64,000 bases of DNA, taken from a virus. Where the stretch lies: positions 2,314-66,313 of the IMG/VR virus record IMGVR_UViG_3300022750_000002. One strand, written 5' to 3'. Below, piece after piece: positions 8,261 to 15,370 of the stretch (position 1 is the first letter of the stretch; every line of letters begins with the position of its first letter). Made by a program: the position numbers and the translations under genes. Below the pieces are notes generated by a model. The model made no database searches. It saw nothing but the letters and a program-made list of their open reading frames with translations, and was not told the DNA's origin.

Positions 8261-8748
8261 TGATTAGCCTCCAATATTCATTCAAAATCGACTCCGAAGG
8301 AAATGTAAGTATACAGAACAGAGAAAAGTTCTTAAAAGACATGTCTAACTTTCCTGATACTCTATTCACAGCAACGTTTAAAAAGGCACGTAAGGAGCGA
8401 TCTAATAAGCAGAATGGTTTCTATTGGTCTAACTTCATTGAATCGCAAATAGAATGCTTTAAAGAGATGTGGGGAGAAACATACGATAAGTCTCAAGTAC
8501 ATGACTGGAATAAGGCAAATATTTGGTGTGATGAGGTGATAAAAGGAGATATGGTTTTTAAGATACCGCAGAGTTCAACTAAATATAATTCGGTAGAATG
8601 GGAAGAAAGACTTGAGTTATGCCGTACATTCTTCTTAAATAGCTTCGATTGGACTTTACCTTACCCTTTACAACAAACAGAACTACCCATAGACATTGAT
8701 GCATTACACAATAAAGTCTCGGCAATTCAGCCAAGCAATAACTTTTAA
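8260..8748 (+). CDS. NinB-like recombination/ssDNA-binding protein
   Basis: RSNKQNGFYW...VHDW...SSTKYNSVEW pattern. Confidence 0.65.
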   Translation: MISLQYSFKIDSEGNVSIQNREKFLKDMSNFPDTLFTATFKKARKERSNKQNGFYWSNFIESQIECFKEMWGETYDKSQVHDWNKANIWCDEVIKGDMVFKIPQSSTKYNSVEWEERLELCRTFFLNSFDWTLPYPLQQTELPIDIDALHNKVSAIQPSNNF

Positions 8749-8755
8749 ATAAAAA

Positions 8756-9121
8756 ATGAACAAAACAGAAACACAGTATTACGCAAATTATATCAATGGA
8801 CTAAAGTCTATTGTTTACAATCAAAATGTAGAAGCAGGATGGCATTCTAAACCACGTGAAATAGGGACTTGTCTGATGCTAATTGTATCTGAGATAGCCG
8901 AAGCCATGGAAGGTGATCGCAAAAATTTGAGTGATGATCACTTGCCACACAGAAGCATGTTAGAAGTTGAACTAGCTGATGCCGTAATCAGAATTATGGA
9001 TTTAAGCGGTAGAGAGGGATTAGATTTAGGTGGCGCAATCGTTGAAAAGTTAGAGTATAACAAGCATAGATTGGATCACAAGTTAGAGAACAGAGAAAAG
9101 GAAGGAGGTAAGAAGTACTAA
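8756..9121 (+). CDS. MazG-like all-alpha NTP pyrophosphohydrolase
   Basis: LIVSEIAEAMEG...EVELADAVIRIMDL (ExxE...ExxD). Confidence 0.85.
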   Translation: MNKTETQYYANYINGLKSIVYNQNVEAGWHSKPREIGTCLMLIVSEIAEAMEGDRKNLSDDHLPHRSMLEVELADAVIRIMDLSGREGLDLGGAIVEKLEYNKHRLDHKLENREKEGGKKY

Positions 9122-9327
9122 TGGAAAACATAGCGGTTTACAGCAATGAAGATAAATTAACCTTTAAGTTAATTAACCATTTCAATAAACCAAAAATGAA
9201 ATCTCATCATTTTGAAGGAATGGTTTACTTAATCGATAAGGATATATTTATTTCTCATCTCAATTTAGAAATGCACTATCCTGAATACAAACTTATTTAC
9301 GTAACAGAATACTTAGAAAACAATTAA
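9121..9327 (+). CDS. Hypothetical protein
   Basis: Tiling. Confidence 0.6.
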   Translation: MENIAVYSNEDKLTFKLINHFNKPKMKSHHFEGMVYLIDKDIFISHLNLEMHYPEYKLIYVTEYLENN

Positions 9328-9353
9328 TTATAAACAATTTAAAAACAATAAAA

Positions 9354-9602
9354 ATGGAAGTATTAAGAAAAAATTTAACATTTAGTGACGCTTTACGCGA
9401 ATTAAAAGAAGGTAGTTGGATTAGAGTTCCTGAATGGACTGGATATTGGTTTTTAAGAGGCGGCAAAATAATTGTAAAAACATGGGATGGAAAAGAATTA
9501 GATACTCCTTGGCTTTTAGAAAACGTTCTAAGAGAGGACTGGCAAGTAGTAAAAGAAGAACTTTTAACAGATATTGAAATGACGACTTCATCATCTGAAT
9601 AA
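9354..9602 (+). CDS. DUF2829 / Tad2-like cyclic-nucleotide sponge
   Basis: TFSDAL..LKEG..IRVPEW...DWQVV matches the DUF2829 pattern. Confidence 0.7.
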   Translation: MEVLRKNLTFSDALRELKEGSWIRVPEWTGYWFLRGGKIIVKTWDGKELDTPWLLENVLREDWQVVKEELLTDIEMTTSSSE

Positions 9603-9646
9603 ATAATTAATTATATTTACACACTTAAAAAAAACAAACAGAAATT

Positions 9647-10219
9647 ATGTTAAAATTCAAAAGCCTAGAGCTAAAGAAAAAAGGTAAAAAGCACACCATT
9701 AAAGTCGTTTACACTAAACAAGAAGTAAACAAGCAACAAGACATTTGGGATGCCGAATACTCAAAGAAAACAAATCAATATTTATCCCAGGAGTTAGATT
9801 GGGAGATAATCGGCCTCACGCCGCATTTACTTTGGACGAATGAGCTTATTTCAGCCGATTTAAGCCTAGATAAATCTTTAGACTATAAAAAGTACTTCGC
9901 TGAACATGCGTTCGCTGAGGACGAAAGATTTGATAACATCCACATTAAAAAGATCCTATTCTTTGGGAACGAAAAATTAGACTCTGTGAAGCTGTTTGGT
10001 TATAAAGAGACTACATTGGTTAGCCGAGGGTTTAAAAGTCCTTTAGAGACCCCTCAAATCACTTTAGATAGAGAGAAACAAGACTATGCGCTATTAACTA
10101 TTCTTGATGAACAGATTAATAATCTATTGGTTGAGTTAGAAAGATATTTAGAAGAGGGAGCGACCTTAACTAAAAATCAACAGATGGCATTATTTGAACA
10201 AGTAGAAGCGGAGGCATAA
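9647..10219 (+). CDS. Hypothetical protein
   Basis: 190-aa ORF with A-rich initiation region. Confidence 0.7.
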   Translation: MLKFKSLELKKKGKKHTIKVVYTKQEVNKQQDIWDAEYSKKTNQYLSQELDWEIIGLTPHLLWTNELISADLSLDKSLDYKKYFAEHAFAEDERFDNIHIKKILFFGNEKLDSVKLFGYKETTLVSRGFKSPLETPQITLDREKQDYALLTILDEQINNLLVELERYLEEGATLTKNQQMALFEQVEAEA

Positions 10220-10220
10220 C

Positions 10221-10481
10221 ATGGGAACTATAACAAAATCACTTATTAAAATAATGTTGGATTACGGGATGTATTCAAATATGGTGTTAGACCCAATTGC
10301 TTATCATGGCTACAAAGAAACAATACAAAATTTAGAAGATATTATTGAGGAAATAGACGTAGAGTTGCTTTTAAGACCTCAAAATTCCGATAGGCTATTA
10401 GAACATAGATTCTCTCTTCAAAATAGGTTGGATAAACTCAATAATACTAAAAATATAGAAATGCCAACTGTTAGAGAATAA
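10221..10481 (+). CDS. Hypothetical protein
   Basis: Tiling. Confidence 0.6.
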   Translation: MGTITKSLIKIMLDYGMYSNMVLDPIAYHGYKETIQNLEDIIEEIDVELLLRPQNSDRLLEHRFSLQNRLDKLNNTKNIEMPTVRE

Positions 10482-10507
10482 ACAGCAGAGATTGCTGAAC
10501 TTTTATG

Positions 10508-10539
10508 AAAGTCAATCTTTAATTAGGTTGGCTTTTTTT
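10508..10539 (+). terminator. Intrinsic terminator insulating the tRNA cassette from upstream transcription
   Basis: AAAGTCAATC/GGTTGGCTTT stem plus 7 T. Confidence 0.8.
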
Positions 10540-10562
10540 ATTTTTATTATAAAAACTATTTA

Positions 10563-10570
10563 TATATTTG
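10563..10570 (+). promoter_or_regulatory. Sigma-A -7 element of the tRNA cassette (leaderless start)
   Basis: TATATTTG with ATG 4 nt downstream, same spacing as the Cro promoter; -33 degenerate. Confidence 0.7.
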
Positions 10571-10574
10571 TGAC

Positions 10575-10655
10575 ATGAACAAACAACAACAATATTGCTT
10601 TTCTTTTAGTTGGTCGATACAGACCGATAGAGGATTGCTATATTTTGATGTTTAG
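10575..10655 (+). CDS. Attenuator leader peptide MNKQQQYCFSFSWSIQTDRGLLYFDV (not in ORF track)
   Basis: Codons 4-16 are all cognate to the 8 downstream tRNAs; 3' half forms the antiterminator strand. Confidence 0.85.
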   Translation: MNKQQQYCFSFSWSIQTDRGLLYFDV

Positions 10656-10693
10656 AAACGATTTAAGACACTAAAAACATATAGAAAGCCTCT
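10629..10693 (+). promoter_or_regulatory. Antiterminator hairpin of the tRNA attenuator
   Basis: AGAGG 10629-33/CCTCT 10689-93 and CTATAT 10638-43/ATATAG 10679-84; sequesters the terminator 5' arm. Confidence 0.7.
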
Positions 10694-10714
10694 GATTAGA
10701 TTCGGGGGCTTTTT
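10685..10714 (+). terminator. Attenuator terminator 8 nt upstream of the first tRNA
   Basis: AAAGCCTCTGA-ttagat-TCGGGGGCTTT followed by T-tract. Confidence 0.85.
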
Positions 10715-10722
10715 GCGTTTAT

Positions 10723-10795
10723 AGCCGTTCATGTACCAAGGTGGCGATAGGGTCTCCAAAACCCAATGAGTAAGGTTCGATTCCTTAAACGGTTG
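10723..10795 (+). tRNA. trnW: tRNA-Trp (CCA), atypical D-arm
   Basis: Acceptor AGCCGTT/AACGGTT, loop CTCCAAA, T-arm TAAGG-TTCGATT-CCTTA, G73. Confidence 0.8.
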
Positions 10796-10804
10796 CAATA
10801 AAAT

Positions 10805-10876
10805 GGAGTAGTAACTCAACGGTAGAGTGCCACACTGAAAATGTGGTGGTTAGTGGTTCAAATCCACTCTATTCCA
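10805..10876 (+). tRNA. trnF: tRNA-Phe (GAA)
   Basis: GGAGTAG/CTATTCC; CCACA-CTGAAAA-TGTGG; T-loop TTCAAAT. Confidence 0.92.
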
Positions 10877-10880
10877 CAAT

Positions 10881-10956
10881 GACCAAGTACCTAATGTTGG
10901 CAAAGGGGTTAGTCTGCAAAACTAATTTAACAACGGTTCAATTCCGTTCTTGGTCT
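10881..10956 (+). tRNA. trnC: tRNA-Cys (GCA)
   Basis: GACCAAG/CTTGGTC; TTAGT-CTGCAAA-ACTAA; U73 discriminator. Confidence 0.92.
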
Positions 10957-10959
10957 CAT

Positions 10960-11030
10960 TGCCTTATAGTACAGTGGTAGTACGTATGATTTTGGTTCAT
11001 AATATCTAAGTTCGATTCTTAGTAAGGCAT
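10960..11030 (+). tRNA. trnQ: tRNA-Gln (TTG)
   Basis: TGCCTTA/TAAGGCA; TATGA-TTTTGGT-TCATA. Confidence 0.9.
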
Positions 11031-11033
11031 CAT

Positions 11034-11121
11034 GGAAAGTTAAACACAGAGGTTGCTGTGTCGCTGTTTGCTAAACAGTTGGTTCATTAGATTGGATGGG
11101 TTTCGAATACTCAACTTTCCG
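11034..11121 (+). tRNA. trnS: tRNA-Ser (GCT)
   Basis: GGAAAGT/ACTTTCC; GCTGT-TTGCTAA-ACAGT; long variable arm; G73. Confidence 0.88.
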
Positions 11122-11128
11122 CAAAAAT

Positions 11129-11211
11129 GGTAGATACCGCTTATTGGTAAGCAGACAGTCTTGAAAACTGTTGGGGCGTGAAAACGCAGGGTTCGATTCC
11201 TATATCTACCG
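11129..11211 (+). tRNA. trnS: tRNA-Ser (TGA)
   Basis: GGTAGAT/ATCTACC; ACAGT-CTTGAAA-ACTGT; long variable arm; G73. Confidence 0.88.
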
Positions 11212-11216
11212 CACAT

Positions 11217-11300
11217 CCTTTAGCGCTAACGTTGGAGTGTTAGGACTGTCTGTAAAACAGTTGTCGAAAGACTTAGTAGGTTCTAATCCTACCTATAGGA
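11217..11300 (+). tRNA. trnY: tRNA-Tyr (GTA)
   Basis: CCTTTAG/CTATAGG (one mismatch); ACTGT-CTGTAAA-ACAGT; variable arm GTC-GAAA-GAC. Confidence 0.88.
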
Positions 11301-11305
11301 CATAA

Positions 11306-11379
11306 TTGCCCTTAGCTCAGTTGGTCAGAGTGACAGACTCATAATCTGTAGGCCGAAAGTTCGATCCTTTCAGGGCAAA
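11306..11379 (+). tRNA. tRNA with CAT anticodon, probably Ile2 (lysidine, reads AUA) rather than Met
   Basis: TTGCCCT/AGGGCAA; ACAGA-CTCATAA-TCTGT; C4-G69 and C5-G68 TilS determinants; ATA codon in the leader. Confidence 0.85.
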
Positions 11380-11393
11380 CTTATTTTTTATTA

Positions 11394-11479
11394 TATATTT
11401 GCAATTCAAAAGCCCTACATCCTAAGTAGGCCATAATAAGAACAGGAGTGAGGTAGTGGTTATCTTGCTCCTTTTTTTT
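11394..11479 (+). ncRNA. Candidate ~75-nt sRNA between a -7 element and a terminator
   Basis: TATATTTG 11394-11401; hairpin CCTAC/GTAGG; terminator GGAGTGAG/CTTGCTCC plus T-tract; no ORF. Confidence 0.4.
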
Positions 11480-11503
11480 CTAAAAAATAATTAAAAATAA
11501 CTC

Positions 11504-11533
11504 TTGCATCTTAAAAATAATTAAATATCTTTG
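11504..11533 (+). promoter_or_regulatory. Sigma-A promoter of the replication operon (leaderless Cro-like gene)
   Basis: TTG-N19-TATCTTTG with ATG 4 nt downstream; flanking TAAAAATAATTAAA-like repeats. Confidence 0.75.
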
Positions 11534-11537
11534 GGTT

Positions 11538-11732
11538 ATGAAACAAAGAAAACAAACAGAACTTTTAGCTAAAATCAAGGATTCGGGGCTAACGAAAGTT
11601 TTCATAGCAGAAAAGATAGGAATTAGCAATGCTCACCTATCAATGATGCTTAATGGAAATGCTACCTTCTCAGAAGAACACAGAAATAAAATCAACAGTT
11701 TAATTAACCAAGCGCTTAAAATAGCCATTTAG
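11538..11732 (+). CDS. XRE/Cro-like HTH regulator
   Basis: SGLTKVFIAEKIGISNAHLSMMLNG HTH. Confidence 0.85.
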   Translation: MKQRKQTELLAKIKDSGLTKVFIAEKIGISNAHLSMMLNGNATFSEEHRNKINSLINQALKIAI

Positions 11733-11771
11733 GTTATTTGCGCCTTTATTATTTTAAGAAAAATTAAAAAC

Positions 11772-12545
11772 ATGGCAGAAAGAAAGTCATTATCAAAGAA
11801 AATCAGATTTGAAGTATTTAAAAGAGATAGCTTCACTTGTCAATATTGCGGTTCAAAATCTCCTGATGTTGTTTTAAATGTAGACCACATAAATCCTGTT
11901 GCAAAAGGTGGTAAGAATGAAATGTTAAACCTTATAACAAGTTGTTTCTCGTGTAACAGTGGCAAATCAGACAGACAATTATCCGATAAAACTATTGTAG
12001 AGAAGCAAAGAGTTCAAATAGAAGAACTAAACCTACGTAGGCAACAATTAGAAATGTTATTGGAATGGAAAACAGGATTACAAGATATTAAATCAGATGA
12101 AGCGCAAAAAGTATCAGACTACATAGAAAAAATTACTGGTAAGGTAAGTTTAACTCCTGTAGGACTGAAAAATATGCAAAAACATATTAAAAAATTTGGT
12201 TTGCAAGAAATATTAGATGCTGTGGATATAGCTTTTGATAAATACTATAAAGAGGATGAAGAGGGAAGTGATGCTATTGCATTCAAAAAAGTTCCTGCTA
12301 TTGCTTTTATAAATACTCAACCAAAGCACATGAAAGATATTGCTTATGTAAAGGGTATTTTAAGAAATAGGATTTATTTAAATGACGCAGTTGCTAGCAA
12401 ATCTCTTTTAGAATTCCATAATGCAGGCGGTAATATGCAGTCTGTCATAGAGTACGCTAAAAAGGTGAGGAATTGGACTATTTTTATCGCAGAAGTTCAA
12501 GGGGCTACCGAAAAGATGTTAGAAGAATCTGAACTGGGATTTTAA
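11772..12545 (+). CDS. HNH endonuclease with helical C-terminal extension
   Basis: RFEVFKRDSFTCQYCG...VDHINP...N...CFSCNSGK. Confidence 0.88.
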   Translation: MAERKSLSKKIRFEVFKRDSFTCQYCGSKSPDVVLNVDHINPVAKGGKNEMLNLITSCFSCNSGKSDRQLSDKTIVEKQRVQIEELNLRRQQLEMLLEWKTGLQDIKSDEAQKVSDYIEKITGKVSLTPVGLKNMQKHIKKFGLQEILDAVDIAFDKYYKEDEEGSDAIAFKKVPAIAFINTQPKHMKDIAYVKGILRNRIYLNDAVASKSLLEFHNAGGNMQSVIEYAKKVRNWTIFIAEVQGATEKMLEESELGF

Positions 12546-12547
12546 TT

Positions 12548-13276
12548 ATGGCGTATAGATATTCAGACACGCTAAAGTGGCAAGACGAATGGTTCGTTGA
12601 CCTAACAGCAATCGAAAAACTATTATTTTTATATCTCTGCGATAACTGTGATATTGCAGGCTTTTCAGAATTATCTTATAGGAAAATAGCTTTTGATTTA
12701 AATACTAAAGAGTCGGAAATAAAAGGGGCTGTAAAGGGGCTTGGTAAAGGTGTGTTCGTCTCTGATGATGAAAAGTCTTTACTGGTAAAGAACTTTATTA
12801 AGCATCAGAAAAACTTACCAATTAATCCTGATAATAAGTCCCATCAAGGCATTTTAAAGAGGGTAGCTATTTATTTACCTAAATTCAAAAATATGGCTTT
12901 AGATAACCAAGAAGGCTATTTATATAAAGGGGCTACGAAGCCCCAAGAAAGGGGTACTGGTAATAATATACCTACTACTAGTAATGTAAAGTCTATAGAT
13001 ACTAGGGTTATAGAATTTAAAAAGCTATTATATACTTATTCCAAGTACGATAAAAACCCTAATGGAATTTATGATTCTTCCTTAGTAAAAAGTTTTTTTG
13101 AGTATTGGAGCGAAGCAAATAAATCCAAAACTAAAATGAAATGGGAAATGGAAAAGACATGGGATTTAAAGTTGAGGTTAGCAAGATGGGCTAACAGCCC
13201 TTTTAACAAACCAAAAGAAAAAGCTTTTGAATCACAAGAAGCAATGTCTTATGATGATTACACGAGTGGAATTTAA
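12548..13276 (+). CDS. Phage replication initiator (Rep, N-terminal wHTH)
   Basis: WQDEWFVDL...KLLFLYLCDNCDIAG N-terminus; directly upstream of the helicase; internal iteron-like repeats. Confidence 0.75.
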   Translation: MAYRYSDTLKWQDEWFVDLTAIEKLLFLYLCDNCDIAGFSELSYRKIAFDLNTKESEIKGAVKGLGKGVFVSDDEKSLLVKNFIKHQKNLPINPDNKSHQGILKRVAIYLPKFKNMALDNQEGYLYKGATKPQERGTGNNIPTTSNVKSIDTRVIEFKKLLYTYSKYDKNPNGIYDSSLVKSFFEYWSEANKSKTKMKWEMEKTWDLKLRLARWANSPFNKPKEKAFESQEAMSYDDYTSGI

Positions 13277-13288
13277 TAAAGTAAGATA

Positions 13289-14281
13289 ATGATAAAAAAA
13301 TCAAGTGAAATAAAAAAGAAGCTCGAAACGCTAAGAGCAGTAGGAAATGTCAAGGGTGAACCTACAGGATTTAAAAACCTTGACGATGTTTATTCGATTA
13401 AATATGGTTCTTATACAAACATACTTGCTGCACCTCATACAGGTAAAACAGAGTTTGGATTAGAGTTAATTGTAAACCAGGTACACCAAAAAGGTAAAAA
13501 GGCATTAATCTATTCTCCTGAAACGGGAAGTGTAGAAGATATTTATGCAGAGTTAATACACAAGCATTATGGTAAGTCGGCTATAAAATCAAATAAATTC
13601 TCTTTAGACGATGGTAAGTTTGAAAATGCCTTAAACTACGTAGACCACCATTATTCAGTAATTGATAGTGACGAGAGAAGTTATACCTACTACGACATAA
13701 TGAATTTGTGTACGGATGAAGATTTAATCTTTGTAGATCCTAATAACGAGGTTAAACACGATTTAAAACCAGAACACAACGGTAGGCAAGATATTTACAT
13801 CGAGGATGTATCAGCAGACATTAGGAGATTTTGTAAGAAGGGTAACAAGCACATGATCATTACAATGCACCCTATATCTCAAAAGCCTTTGTTTGACTTT
13901 AAGGTTAAGAGGACTTACTATCCAATGCCAACAGCAAGAGAGGCTGCGGGTGGACAAGCATGGTACAGAAAGGCTATGGGATGGATTAACATGTGGAGAC
14001 CACCAACATTCATTAAAGACCCATTTACAAAATCTAATTACGAGGATAACATTGTTCTGATTAATATTCAGAAAGCAAGACCAAAAGGAATTGGCGCATT
14101 GGGTACACGACCGATGTATTGGGATTGGAAGAGAAACAGGTATTATGAAAAATTCTTAGACAGTAGGCAATATTACGCTTATGAGCATTTAAACATAAAT
14201 CCAATGTTAGCGGTAATACCGGAAGAAAGAACTATTGAAATTGATGCTTCACAAGATGAGGGAGATGATATGCCGTTTTAA
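13289..14281 (+). CDS. DnaB/SF4-type replicative helicase
   Basis: Walker A AAPHTGKT, YSPE, IFVDP, HP motifs, acidic DDMPF tail. Confidence 0.85.
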   Translation: MIKKSSEIKKKLETLRAVGNVKGEPTGFKNLDDVYSIKYGSYTNILAAPHTGKTEFGLELIVNQVHQKGKKALIYSPETGSVEDIYAELIHKHYGKSAIKSNKFSLDDGKFENALNYVDHHYSVIDSDERSYTYYDIMNLCTDEDLIFVDPNNEVKHDLKPEHNGRQDIYIEDVSADIRRFCKKGNKHMIITMHPISQKPLFDFKVKRTYYPMPTAREAAGGQAWYRKAMGWINMWRPPTFIKDPFTKSNYEDNIVLINIQKARPKGIGALGTRPMYWDWKRNRYYEKFLDSRQYYAYEHLNINPMLAVIPEERTIEIDASQDEGDDMPF

Positions 14282-14284
14282 GAT

Positions 14285-14695
14285 ATGAGAGAAGATTTAG
14301 AGTTATACTACAAAAACCTTTCGGATTCTTACTCTATGGCTTTTGAGGACTTACAGCAGTCTTCTATTGCTCTTAGTTTGATAAAGGGGATTGCTATGGA
14401 TTTTGAATTTGATATTTTGAAGTACTTGACAGAGCAAGTTTCAAAAGGAAAAACTTATGAAGAGAGGGAAAATATAAAAGCTAACTGCAATGCTAAGGTT
14501 GAGGACAAATTAGAACGCATAAACATAATGCGTAGCGCAATAAAAGTATTCGAGAGGGTAGTTGGAAGGGAAGAGGTTATAAAGTCGCTCATATCGCTTA
14601 AAAATAGGCAAAACGGACTTCTTTTAGATCGCATTAAAGAGTTAGAATTAAAAATTGAAAGCATGGAGAGTTTTATGGCAACAGAAGATGAATAA
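14285..14695 (+). CDS. Hypothetical coiled-coil protein
   Basis: Tiling. Confidence 0.65.
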   Translation: MREDLELYYKNLSDSYSMAFEDLQQSSIALSLIKGIAMDFEFDILKYLTEQVSKGKTYEERENIKANCNAKVEDKLERINIMRSAIKVFERVVGREEVIKSLISLKNRQNGLLLDRIKELELKIESMESFMATEDE

Positions 14696-14957
14696 ATTAT
14701 TAAATACAGATTATAGCTATGGGTTTATGCAGTTCATAGCAAATGGGGTTAAATATAGGCTGGTAGGCACTAAATGTGAGGAATATGAAAAGCCAAATAT
14801 GAGTGAAGATTGCTTTGTGGATGAAAACGGCAAGTTCCACACGTTTGTAAGAGAAATACTGATGGTTAAGCAAAAAGAAAAGAAAATAACCCCTATACCA
14901 AAAAGTGAAATAAAAATTAACACAGAAAAGAAGAAAACATTAAGGAGAGCAGTATGA
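14655..14957 (+). CDS. Hypothetical protein
   Basis: Tiling; probable start MNKLLNT. Confidence 0.6.
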   Translation: MKAWRVLWQQKMNKLLNTDYSYGFMQFIANGVKYRLVGTKCEEYEKPNMSEDCFVDENGKFHTFVREILMVKQKEKKITPIPKSEIKINTEKKKTLRRAV

Positions 14958-15205
14958 CAAACATAAAACTATTACAAAGCGGAGTTACAACAGATGACTT
15001 TATAGCTTTAGGATTTATTGAAGAAAGTGATGGATCAGGTAGTCCTTGGGGAATAGATTGGAATTTCAGGAATGAAAAATTTCACATCCTTATCGACTGT
15101 ACATTTGAAGTTAAATTAACAAGACTTGATGTTGACTCTGACTACATAACTGTTGTAGTTGAGGACAAATTTGAATTAGAACAATTATTAGCATTCGTAT
15201 CATGA
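14954..15205 (+). CDS. Hypothetical protein
   Basis: Tiling. Confidence 0.6.
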   Translation: MTNIKLLQSGVTTDDFIALGFIEESDGSGSPWGIDWNFRNEKFHILIDCTFEVKLTRLDVDSDYITVVVEDKFELEQLLAFVS

Positions 15206-15370
15206 AAATAGACAGAAAGAAATTAAACGACAAAATAGAATCAATTATTGGGAATGGCGTAATTGAATGTGAAGAGGTGGATGTAACTACAAAAAAGGTT
15301 ATGAAAGCTTTAGAAGAGTTAATATTAGCTGTAGAAAGATTAAGATTGTAAAATTAAAAATAATAGCAAT

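Noticed and set aside
10661-10680. TTTAAGACACTAAAAAC-like spacer motif resembling intergenic motifs at about 4490-4520 and about 7660-7690
   Set aside because: Similarity is too loose to define a repeat; here it is explained as the antiterminator loop.
10723-11379. Stop-codon reassignment or suppressor tRNA
   Set aside because: No CTA/TTA/TCA anticodon (Ser-TGA reads UCA), and genes tile densely under the standard code with all three stops used.
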